Of a DNA stretch of 64,000 nt, positions 11,842-23,095 are shown one piece after another (within the stretch, counting starts at the first letter, position 1; the number at the start of each line of letters is the position of its first letter). Position numbers and translations under genes: made by a program. This stretch comes from Chara braunii (taxonomy: Eukaryota > Plantae > Charophyceae). Under the pieces are notes generated by a model that ran no database searches, was not told the origin of the DNA, and was given only the letters and a program-made list of their open reading frames with translations. The DNA lies in contig BFEA01000034.1 of assembly GCA_003427395.1 (NCBI GenBank), forward strand, positions 1,712,323-1,776,322. The letters are read 5' to 3'.

Positions 11842-13458
11842 TTTCCTACGGAACACATGTTTAGAAGCGCTGACTTCATTTTGAAAGACTTTGTTATTTA
11901 GATGTTTGTTTGTCACAAATATAAACATACACTAAAATGTAAAATTAAATAAGTGTTTGATAAATTATCTGAAATGAAGGACTATTTTTCAATAGGTTCA
12001 TACTAATATCGCCGCACTTGATGCGTCCAACCTTAAATTCGTATATCCGTCCCGACTCTCTCTCACTAATATTGTTTTTCAATGTCTAAGTGTACTTTAT
12101 ATAGTGTATTAAACATATGATATCAACGAGAAAGAAAAATGAGTAGCGGTGTTGACGTTGTTCATTTTCTTTGGTGTCTCGTTTTGTTTTGCTATGAAAT
12201 GTGCATGTTATTTCTGCAGGACGACGAGACTGTAAAACAAAAAGTTGAACGGGAACCTTCTCAGGCATGCAAATGTTTTTGGTTCCGCCCGCAGCAAGCC
12301 TCGTACCCACCCTAAGTGAAGGCGTGTCTGTACATCCACGAGAGGCCTATTTTCGACATTTTTTGTATGTGGGGTATCAGATAGTTGCACACACCGGTTG
12401 GTTACAGAACAACATGAGCCTTTTGTGGCTCATTTTAGAAGCAACAACTGCGTTGTACAATTGAGCCCAGGGTTTAGTTGGTTGCACCCTCTGCACACAT
12501 AGTGGGAGGCCGACACAACATGTAGTGGCAGTGGACCAATGGCAATGCAGCATTGTCGTCACACATCTTTCACGGGTCACGCAGCATTCTCGTCACACAT
12601 CTTCCACGGACCAACAAAAATGCGGCAAACACTTTGAGCGTGGAGGACTAACTGAACGTGCCCTCAAACACAGTGTCCGGACCAATGTTTGAAACTAGGC
12701 CTGAGGCGCAGACACTTTGGGCCAACTTGAAGCTACTGGGACCCACACCAGGTACAGGGAGGCCAGCGGTAGGGCGCACTTTCCATATAAGAAAGTGTGA
12801 GCTCATGGGCACGACATTCTGGCCTGAGCAGGCATTGCCACGGTGTTGCTTTGTTGCGCCAGACTGCGCGAAGCACACAGGCTGGGGCGCATGTGGGCGC
12901 ATGAGGTGCGAGGGTGCTGCAGTGGCAGTGGGCGCACGACATCCATAGTCGGGTTGTGCGTGCGGGTAGTAGTTGATGGCGATGGTGGTCTTTAGATACG
13001 AGGCATATGCAGAAGGGAGAAAAGAGAACGTACTTAGTGTTTGCTGGTGTTCGGTTTTTTGATGACGTCACGTACATTGGCCTTCAACTTCGATGCGATC
13101 TAGTTGCAAGAACGTAGGCAGACGTAAATAGGTTGAGTAGCATAGGTTGGGCGTTGGGAAGAAATCAGTAGGAGTGACAACTAATACTGTGTTGGTGAGG
13201 CCAGAGAGCGTTGACATTGACATTCGAGTTCATTGTATTGCTCTGAGTTTAATGGTATCTTGGTGCATTGTGCTCTCTACTGGCACATAAGTATCTAGAC
13301 TACTTCTCGATTCCACTCCCAAATATTTGGATGGTATCTTATGTGGCCGAGTGCGTGGGTGGGTATGTTGCAGACTACAGACATATCGATAATTATTCAT
13401 GACAACGCAAAATGGTTTTTCATGTACATAAATGAAAGTTTACAAAAGCGAAGTTTTC

Positions 13459-13526
<68 letters not shown>

Positions 13527-13592
13527 GAGAAAGAGAGAGTTTGGTATAAATTCAATGTTGTTTTCCTAAGGTTGCACAACAAACAAAGTGGC

Positions 13593-13813
13593 GGTCGGTA
13601 GGTGCATGCAAATTTGTCTTCGTAAATATTGATTGCCTTTGTTTTACTATGCACCTACCGACCACTTTCCATTTTTTTTATTCAAAGACATCTCTATAAA
13701 TTCAATGTTGTTTTCCTAAGGTCACACAACAAACAAAGCGGTGGTCGGTAGGTGCATAGGAATTTGTCTTTGCAGATGTTGATTGTCTTTGTTTTACTAT
13801 GCATCTACCGACC
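13593..13813. repeat. Two 71-bp class B inverted-repeat modules in a 150-bp tandem duplication
   Basis: Modules at 13593-13663 and 13743-13813. Their spacer differs from the 11771 copy. Confidence 0.9.
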
Positions 13814-13866
13814 ACTTCCAATTTTTTTGTTCAAAGACATCTCATGTTTTTTTCTTGTAAGATATA

Positions 13867-13984
13867 TCAGCCTCCTGATGAGTAGGTGAAACTCCGACGA
13901 AATAGTGACCCCACTTTCGCCCCTACCCGTTTGTTGTTTTTTTCCCCCTCTCTGCCTCCAACCCAGGACAACTCTGTTTGACTC
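13867..13984 (+). ncRNA. 5'-truncated hammerhead ribozyme-bearing short repeat
   Basis: CCTC-CTGATGA-GTAGG-TGAAACT-CCGAC-GAAA. Lacks the GUC site and the 5' strand of stem I. Flanked by TA repeats. Confidence 0.7.
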
Positions 13985-14005
13985 TATATATATATATATA
14001 TATAT

Positions 14006-14155
14006 CGTCACAAATAGAACTGCCCGGTAAACCATAAGCAGAGAGAGAGAAGAGGACAACAAACGAGGGGCTGTGACAAACTGTTTCGNACAACAAACGA
14101 GGGGCTGTGACAAACTGTTTCGTCGGAGTTTCACCGACTCATCAGGAGGCTGAAC

Positions 14156-14157
<2 letters not shown>
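14006..14157 (-). ncRNA. 5'-truncated hammerhead ribozyme-bearing short repeat
   Basis: Reverse complement GGGTTCAGCCTC-CTGATGA-GTCGG-TGAAACT-CCGAC-GAAACAG. Starts ~2 nt after the cleavage site of the intact 62634 copy and lies between two (TA)n tracts. Confidence 0.78.
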
Positions 14158-14222
<65 letters not shown>

Positions 14223-14409
14223 TATACACACACACACACACACACAGACAAAGAAAGAAATAGACTCAACCTAACACGCACGAAAGAGAAACTTCGTTAA
14301 GGGTTACCAAAGACAAAATTGGAGCTGGAAAAAATTTGGATACATGACATCAATGCGGACTACACATCGAAGACAATTCATCCCACTCTTAAAATAATCC
14401 CTATATAAA

Positions 14410-14737
14410 AAGTTGAACCGATTTTCAAGATTTTTTTTGCATAATTTTGCAACATCACCACCAACACTGGATTTCAACATGATTTCAACAGTTTATCAAC
14501 AGGTTTTCAACAGATGGGAGAGAAGATAAACAGTCGATGACCTGTTTGTAAACAATTAAAAAATTGTCAAACAATGATATCCGATTTGATCATTGATTAT
14601 AGATATAGGTTAACCTCCTTCATGATTATCAACATGAACATAAAGATAAACAGTTTATAAACTGATTAAAATTTGATGTTATACACAAAGGTCCCCATTA
14701 AACTTTAGTGTTAACACACTCTTTTTTTTCTGTTGTG
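14410..14737 (-). repeat. TCAAC-rich subterminal region and a second putative right TIR (rc CACAACAGAAAAAAAA)
   Basis: Mirror image of the 5976-6320 composition, with a CACTA-like terminal motif. Confidence 0.45.
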
Positions 14738-16652
14738 TAGGAATTTCAGTAAAGATCGACACCGAAGATGATTGGTTCAAAATCAAGTGAAGGAGGTGTA
14801 TGAAAGATCAAAACTCCCCTTTAATTCATGATTGACCTACCTCAGTTGGTACACATACGAATTGAATTCTTGAAATAGTATGTGGTAAACAAGTTCTCAG
14901 AAATAGCATGTCTTCAGGATCTTATTTCCGACCTGGGTTTAGGAACTGGTTTGGGATGTTGTTTGACCACGTGGTCCTGTGCAGTCTGCGTAATACAGAA
15001 AATATGGAACTAAAGATCTAGAAGAACCTCGTCCGAACGTAGCCAACATAATTTCTACATCCAGCACAGAGAATCATGTCGTGAATCATAGTCATGTTGA
15101 AAAAACTTAGAATAGAGCAGCATCTCAGACCAAGAATAACTCGTTGATTGATGATGATGAGTGGATGTTATCCGTGTGAGTCGTGAGTCAGATCTTTGTG
15201 CATCAGTCTTCCACTGCATTTCACTTGCTCCGTATCTTGTTGATCAACTCTCGATTCTCCACCACACTTGTGAATTCTCACATGTATGTGACACAATGAC
15301 TCCTTTACTCAACCCTCCAAATTGCCACATTGTATCGCTTCTCATGCAACTTCCTCGACATCATCTAGGGCTCTGACGGGTGTAGTGGCATCACCCTCTC
15401 TCTCTCTTGTTGCTACCTTTGCTCTGAGGTGGCACACAACGCCTTAGCTTCAGACACGGCTTTCAGTTACTGGTCCATCTCCTTGTCCTCTAGTCACTGA
15501 TGCGTACCTTAACCTGGATGTTATCCTTTGATATTTGTTGTTCTTCTTCAGTTGGTGTCTCAGGGCGTAAGCAGCATCCTGCACAACCACCTACCATTTG
15601 TCTTCTCCTCCTCCCGGCTGTTCGTTAAATTTGTCCGCCACTTGCCTCTTTCTGCACAACCACCTACCATTTGTCCCCCACTTGCCTCTTCCTGCACAAC
15701 CACCTGCACCACCCCCTTCTTATCCTTTGAATTTTTCCTCTTTCTTTGTTTTTTTCATTCTCTGTCCTCCCTGCCCTTCGTTTTTTATTTGCACCTACCC
15801 AACAAAATTGATCTTGTACCTATGCCTTGGCAAACTCTTACCTCTCTAGTGCAGGAACCCTCATATCCTGTTGCATGCTCAGTGAGTCTGTTGCTCTAGC
15901 CATTTGTGACAACTGGTCTAGCTGTTGTATTATGCACCAGCACCTATCTGAATTGTACTCAATCTCTGAAAGGTGCGTAGTGTACCTAAGCTGCTTGCAT
16001 GTTTTTTTCTCCCTTTTTCCTTTTTAACTTATTGGGAAAGGGAAGGTGAGGTGTCAAACATGTAACCTGGTGTGAGAAGTTGTCTGTAGTTCTAACAAGG
16101 CCAATGATGCAACTGTCTCTTGTGGACCCAGGTTCCCAACACTTATTCGGCCCTTTGTGGCTAAACCAGATACAACTGAAACATCCAGAGAAGTTGATGG
16201 GACTGCGGAGATCCCAAATCCAAAGGAGACGTTAGATTTGTTATAGCCAGACCAAGGTCCATTGACTTACAGCGATGGTTCGCGTTCCTTGGAAGTGATG
16301 GCGAGTTGATCTCGGATCATGACGTATATCACTGAGGAGGAATGGGTGGGAGGGCTCTGTGTTGAATATTGCTTGTTTTATTGTTGGAGTTAACATGGTG
16401 CGGAGGATGATAGCATTGATGGTGTCAGGTTTGTTGGAAGTGTTGGATCCTGAGTATCCTTGTTGTAATAGTGGGACAGCGGGGGTCTGTACCCGTTTGA
16501 AGGAGAAAGATTGTTATTAGCACGTTAGTTGTGCTGATAGAGCATAATTGTGTGGTTCCATTGGTCTCTGCTACATGGCAAATTCTTCTTCCATCTGCAA
16601 TAGTTTTATCCCAGTGAGAATGTTAGGGTTTTTACGACGAATGCTCTGATGC

Positions 16653-17033
16653 ATGGCGAGGTTTGTACACCACCGGTTACACCCATGCGAATCAGGCATC
16701 TTAGGACTAATTTATAGACAGTTTTGTAAAATGATCTCAATTCATGGTAATTTCTCAAATGCGTTCATATACATACATGTAAGGCAAGGGATAGTGAGGG
16801 GTGTACTCTTCACTCTAAGCATTAATGGTGGAGTGAATCTGATGAAGCGATGGGGATCAACGTTGACTTGTTATTTACGTTTGACAAGAAATAACTTCTT
16901 TTTTTTTTCGATCACTAATACTTTTTTACAAAGGTCAGTCCTATATTTGGTCTTGGATATTGGGATCAGAGAGGCCAATGCAAGTCTAGTTGTTTTTTGG
17001 AGTTACCCCCACCTTGAGAGTAAACCTCCCTGA
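16653..17033 (+). pseudogene. Possible very old LINE RT relic
   Basis: SIHGNFSNAFIYIHVRQGIVRGVLF loosely matches the NG.S..F....VRQG.PLS..LF RT motif. Confidence 0.25.
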
Positions 17034-17116
17034 TATCCCCTAGTTCTTTTTGGCATGGTTCCTTAATCTGATACTTGGTTTATAAGGGGTCTTACTAGGA
17101 TCTTCCTTGGACTGCA

Positions 17117-19395
17117 TTAAAAATCCTGAACGATTCTTAAGTGGTGAAGGGTCTGAACACCCTGAAAAACAACATATCTTATCTATCTTGACAATTGTTT
17201 AGGCAGTCTGAAAAATCCTGAACAATCATGAAGTGTTGAAGGGTCTAAACAACCTGAAAACAAATTGTTTAGGCAGCATGAAATTCATGAACGATCCTGA
17301 ACTGGTGAAGGGTCTGAACACCCTGAAAACAACAAGTCTTGACAATTGTTTAGGGAGTAAGAAAGTCCCGAACGAATCTGAAGTGGTGAAGAGTCTGAAC
17401 ACCCTGAAACGTGTTTAGACAGCATGAAATTCGTAAACGGTCATGAAGTGGTGAAGGGTCTGAACACCCTGAAAACAACCAGTCTTGACAATTGTTTAGG
17501 CAGTTTGAAAGTCTCGAACGAATCCGAAGCGGTGAAGGGTCTGAACACCTTGAAAACGACGTGTTTAGGCAGCATGAAAATCCCCAACGATCTTGAAGTG
17601 TTTAGGTAGCATCTAAAGTGGTGAAGGGTCTAAACACCATGAAAACAACGTGTTTAGGCAGCATGAAATTCATGAAGGATCCTGAAGTGGTGAAAGGGTT
17701 TGAACACCCTGGAAACAACCAGTCTTGACAATTGTTTAGGCAGTCAGAAAGTCCCAAACGAATTTGAAGTGGTGAAGGGTCTGAACACCCTGAAAATGAT
17801 GTGTTTAGGCAACATGAAATTCATGAACGATCCTGAAGTGGTGAAGGGTCTGAACACCCTAAAAACAACCAGTCTTGACATATGTTTAGGCAGTCTGAAA
17901 GTCCCGACCAAATCTGAAGTGGTGAAGGGTCTGAACACCTTGAAAACGACGTGTTTAGGCAGCATGAAAATCTTGAACGATATTGAAGTGTTTAGGCAAC
18001 ATCTGAAGTGGTAAAAAGTATGAACACCCTGAAAACAACGTGTTTAGGCAGCATGAAATTTATGAACGATCCTGAAGTGGTGAAAGGGTCCGAACACCCT
18101 GAAAACAACCAGTCTTGACAATTATTTAGACAGTTTGAAAGTCCTAAACGAATCTGAAGTAGTGAAGGGTCTAAACACAATGAAAACGACTTGTTTAGGC
18201 ATCATGAAATTCATGAACGATCCTGAAGTGATGAAGGGTCTGAACACCATGAAAACAACCTATCTTGACAATTGTTTAGGCACTCAGAAAGTCCCAAATG
18301 AATCTGAAGTGGTGAAGGACCTGAACACCCTGAAAATGACGTGTTTAGGCAGCATGAAAATTTTGAACGATCTTGAAGTGTTTAGTCAACAAAAATGGTG
18401 AAAGGTCCGAACACCCTTAAAACGACGTGTTTGGGCAGCATGAAATTCATGAACGATCCTGAACTGGTGAAAGAGTCTGAACACCCTAAAAACAACCAGT
18501 CTTGACAATTGTTTAGGCAGTCCGAAAGTCCAACGAATTTAAAGTGGTGAAGGTCTGAACACCCTGAAAGCGACGTGTTTAGGCCGCATGAAATTCATGA
18601 ACGATCCTGAAGTGATGAAGGGTCTGAACACCCTTAAAACAACCAGCCTTGACAATTGTTTAGGCAGTCTGAAAGTCCCGAACGAATCTGAAGTGGTGAA
18701 GGATCTGAACACCTTGAAAACGACGTGTTTAAGCAGCATGAAAATCCTGAATGATCTTGAAGCGGTGAAGGGTATGAACACCCTGAAAACAACCAGTCTT
18801 GACAATTGTTTAGGCAGTTTGAAAGTCTCGAACGAATCTGAAGTAGTGAAGGGTCTGAACACCCTTAAAATGACGTGTTTAAGGAGCATGAAATTCATGA
18901 ACGATCCTGAAGTGGTGAAGTGTCTGAACACCCTGAAAACAACCAATGTTGACAATTGTTTAGGCAGTCTGAAAGTTCCGAACGAATCTGAAGTGGTGAA
19001 GGATTTGAACATCTAGAAAACGACGTATTTAGGCAATATGAAAATCTTGAATGATCTTGAAGTGGTGAAGGGTTTGAACACCCTGAAAACAACCAGTCTT
19101 GACAATTGTTTAGGTAGTCTGAAAGTCCCGAACGAGTCTGAAGTGGTGAAGGGTCTAAACACCCTGAAAACGACGTGTTTAAGCAATATGAAATTCATGA
19201 ACGATCCTGAAGTGGTGAAGGGTTTGAACACCCTGAAAACAACCAGTCTTAACAATTGTTTAGGCAGTATGAAAGTCCCGAACGAATCTGAAGTGGTGAA
19301 GGGTCTTGACACCCTGAAAACCACCTATTTAGGCAACATAAAAATCCTGAACGATCTTGAAGTGGCGAAGGATTTGAACACCCTAAAAGCAACCA
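17117..19395. repeat. Tandem satellite, 150-bp monomer (81+69-bp subunits) with 300-bp higher-order alternation
   Basis: Equivalent positions at 18601, 18751, 18901, 19051, 19201, 19351. Subunits alternate AAATTCATGAACGATCCT and AAAATCYTGAAYGATCTT. Confidence 0.95.
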
Positions 19396-19559
19396 TCCAA
19401 AATAAGAGCAACTTGCACAATGAGAAACCTGTCACTTTTCAATTGAGTCGTGAAAATTGTAACTTGGAGTGAGGAAACTCTATGACAATGAAAAAACAAG
19501 TAGGGAGAACATGCAGAAAACATTATCTATGATGAAAAATACAATTGTTGTTAACCTTC

Positions 19560-22500
19560 TCTCTCCCCACCTGTCCCATAACCGTTTCCTAGACTTAAGA
19601 GTGTCAGGGACCTTTCTCCTCATGCAGTCGCTAGTTATAACCAATCTGATCTGTTGGGCTATCATAGTTTTTATTTGGACATTCGAAGTTCTTGTACATC
19701 GAAACGGCTCGTTATTCAATTTACGATTATCCCAAATGACTTTCATCAAATAAACTTTTAAGTTTTGTGCGGCACACAACCAATCTAATTTCATTTTACT
19801 CTCAGACCTATGAACGCTAGACGAAATTCATTCATCAGTCTACTGAAAAACGTCCTTTGTAAGTTTTCTCCGGTGTTTGATCCATCAATCCCAAACTCTT
19901 CTAGAGGTCGGGCAAGAAAGTCACAAATGTCAATTCTTGTCTCACGGTCATTAACATCTTGAACATGCAGTAGAAATCTTCATATTCTTGTTTGCAAGGC
20001 TAAGGGTCGAGGCTGGAGCAAGGTATGTTTGCAGCCATACTATACTTGCAAGCTTCTGAGATGACAAAGCCATATATTGTTTCCAGACGCCTGAAAAAAA
20101 ACTCATTTGTTAGACTCAACATCCTTGCATTCATTCTCCTTGAATCTTCTGAACCGATGAACGCAGGATGGTCACTCCAACTTTAACTTTGTAGGCATCA
20201 ACAGAAACTCTCTTCCGAGTTGAATCAACATACCATCCAATCGAACTTCGGACAAAGGTCGTAGCCACATTGGGAGATAGAGACACCACTTTACTCCCCT
20301 GACACCCGATGTTTTTTCAAAAGTAGGTTCTCTGAGATTTCCTGCATGCCTTTCACATCCGAGAGATTGACTGATATTGACGACGGTGGAAACTCTTTTG
20401 AAAAATCAACAATTTCTGAAATTTTTCATTCTCTAGCTACCCAGCCATCCTTCCCGAAGTCATCTGTAATCTGCAAGATCTAGTGGATTCTAAGAGAAGG
20501 ACAATAGAACCAAAGGCCTATAGGGGGGATGTAAGAGTTCCTCAACAACAAGATCCACATAAGAGGAATAACCTGTTGGATTTCAGACAATCTAGATTGA
20601 ACATTCCTTAGTCTATAAAGTTGCAGCTTCGGTTTCTCCAGCGGTTTCCAGCCCTCTTTACCCAGATCTCATAAATCCCTTACCCGTATCATTCCCCTTT
20701 CTACCCAGGATTTTTCAAAACAGGCCGGGGACTCCTGCGTTGAGAATTATCTTCCATTACCGTCTTTTATGAGAGGATTTTCAAAGATAATCTAATTTAG
20801 GACTGCATCTTTGTGTTCAAGGAGGTCCCTCTCAAAGGGGAAGAGTTTTCTCCAAGCCACCAATATACCTTCGCAAAATTTGGACTTTGGTTGCTTATTC
20901 ATATATGACTTAATTAACAAGCAGGCCAACACGTCTTCATCTCTGCTCAGGGATCATTCCCCTCTTAGTATGTATATAGCCAGTCTGAGCTAAGAGGTAT
21001 CACGCTCAACCGCCATTGCCTTAATAGGTCATTTTGTTAGTAGTGTCATATTCTGCTGATGCGGGTCCAAAATTCCTAGACCTTCTTCTTGTCTGAGAAA
21101 GGAGATGGTTTCCCAGGTAATTCTGAAAATGAAGTCCCCTTGAGGGTTACCTTCCGGCTTCTAGATTACCCTCACTGCAACTTTTTTGATGTGCCCACAA
21201 ACTTGCTCCCCCAACAAGTGTACCGCCAAGATGAACCATAACACTCGAAAGGCCGCATATGATATTACCAAAGCTCTTTCGATTATGAAGAGGTGGCGTA
21301 AGCTTTTCCAGGAAAGCATTCTTCTTACCAATTTTTCTTCCAGCAGCGAAGCCTGAAAAACAGAGTTATCATACAAGGACACTTGCACTCCCAAAAATCG
21401 GTCAGATGTATCTCCAGGAACCTTCGTCAAACCCCAATTAACTTGCAAAGTATGTGATTCAGGTAAGAAATAAACAAGCTTATTTAAGTTAATCGAAGTC
21501 TCTGAAAGGTCACAATATACATTTAAAACTTTCGTTACTTCACTCAAATTAGCCCGGTTATTCAGACAAGTCAAGGTTACATCATCTGTCAACGGTCCAC
21601 CTTTCCACTACAATTGATTTCTTGGTGAGAGTCTCTTCACCGAGGTATTAAATCTCACATTATCCAATAAACTTTTCATATATAAAACAAACAACAGCGG
21701 AGTCAAAGGGTACACCTGGCGGAGGGACCGAGTGAGGGAGAAGATACGAGAAATCCGCCCATTCACCATTACCAATATTATGGTACAAAAATTCATTACA
21801 GTCACCCATCTGCGGTAATTAGGGTCAAAATTCATATGCTTTAGTACAGTAGATACAAAGGTCCGACCCACCCTGTCACCAGCTTTCGGCATCTCCAGTA
21901 GGATAATAGCCGCATTTTGATCTTCCTTAACAATAATCTCCAAAGTCTGTATAATACAGGCAATATTGTTCAATATAAACCGATGCTTCACAAAAGTCCC
22001 TTGATCCTTCCCGATTAGGTTTGGGAGGTGTCTGGCTAAACGAATAGCAAGTACTTTAGCGAACAATTTATAGGAGACATTTAAAACTGAAATCGGTTTT
22101 CAATTTCGGACTTCAGACCTGTCCTCATTTTAATACATAAGCATAATAATCCCTTTCATCATTTCCTTCGTCAACGAACCTCCTGAAAGCACTCCATTAT
22201 ATATGCCTGGTAAATAGGGGTTAAACTAGTCCCAAACAGCTAGATACAGTTCAATAGTCAAACCATCACCTCCCAGACATTTGCCCTTAGCCATCTGCTT
22301 CGCTATCACGTGAATTTCGTCATTAGTGATTGGGCGTTCCAGATCTAATTTGCCCCATGTTTGAAGAGATGTTTTAGAGAATCTCAAGAAGTCGGAGGAA
22401 TCTCTAAGATCATAATCAAAGACCTGAAATGGTGTGCGTGTAAATAATATACAATAAAAATATAGAGTTGCAACTCACACATGTCCTCTAACGTATCTGA

Positions 22501-23060
22501 GATTTGAGGAACTACTGTAAAAGGGTGTGCTAACTCCGCCATCGGGGTCCTAGCATTCTATAAAAGGAGGGATCTAAAGGTATATTTGGTCATTCTGTTC
22601 TCTGTGATGATGTTCATTTGTGCTAGCCACTGTCTCCATTATTCGGGTTGTTTGATTTCCAACACCTCTAGTTGTTGTAAGGATATGTTACATACTGTTG
22701 TCCAATAAACATCTGAAATGGGATGCTTACCAAATTCCTTCTCTGCCTTCTACATTTTTTTTAATATTTTTCTTTCTTGCTGCTTTTTATTGATTACCTT
22801 AATTCTTGAAAAATTATTTAGAGAGCCTTATAGAATTTGGATCCCCACCATGGTCCAGTCTTCCACTAAAGTAAAGAGGGTCCTAGGTGTTTCTCACTAC
22901 TGTAAGTGACATTGAATCCATAAGATACTTTTCGAGTCATTCAAATGTTGGGTATTCACTTTGAAATATGAATGTCACTCTGTCAGGATTCAAACTTCAC
23001 TTTGCTCATCAACCATTCAAGCAGATGGGTTTTGTCCACCCTAGTCCATGTGGCTGAAGG
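19560..23060 (-). mobile_element. Heavily decayed L1/Tx1-like LINE ORF2, copy 1
   Basis: KVLAIRLARHLP, LTRSLRQVYPLTPLLF, LTDD (for FADD). Many stops. Confidence 0.85.
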
Positions 23061-23095
23061 TAGTCGGCTTTTTAGAAAGGAAAAGTTATTCTACG

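Noticed and set aside
14056-14121. 33-bp direct duplication within the minus-strand hammerhead copy
   Set aside because: The two copies are separated by a single N, so this is probably a contig-overlap artefact.
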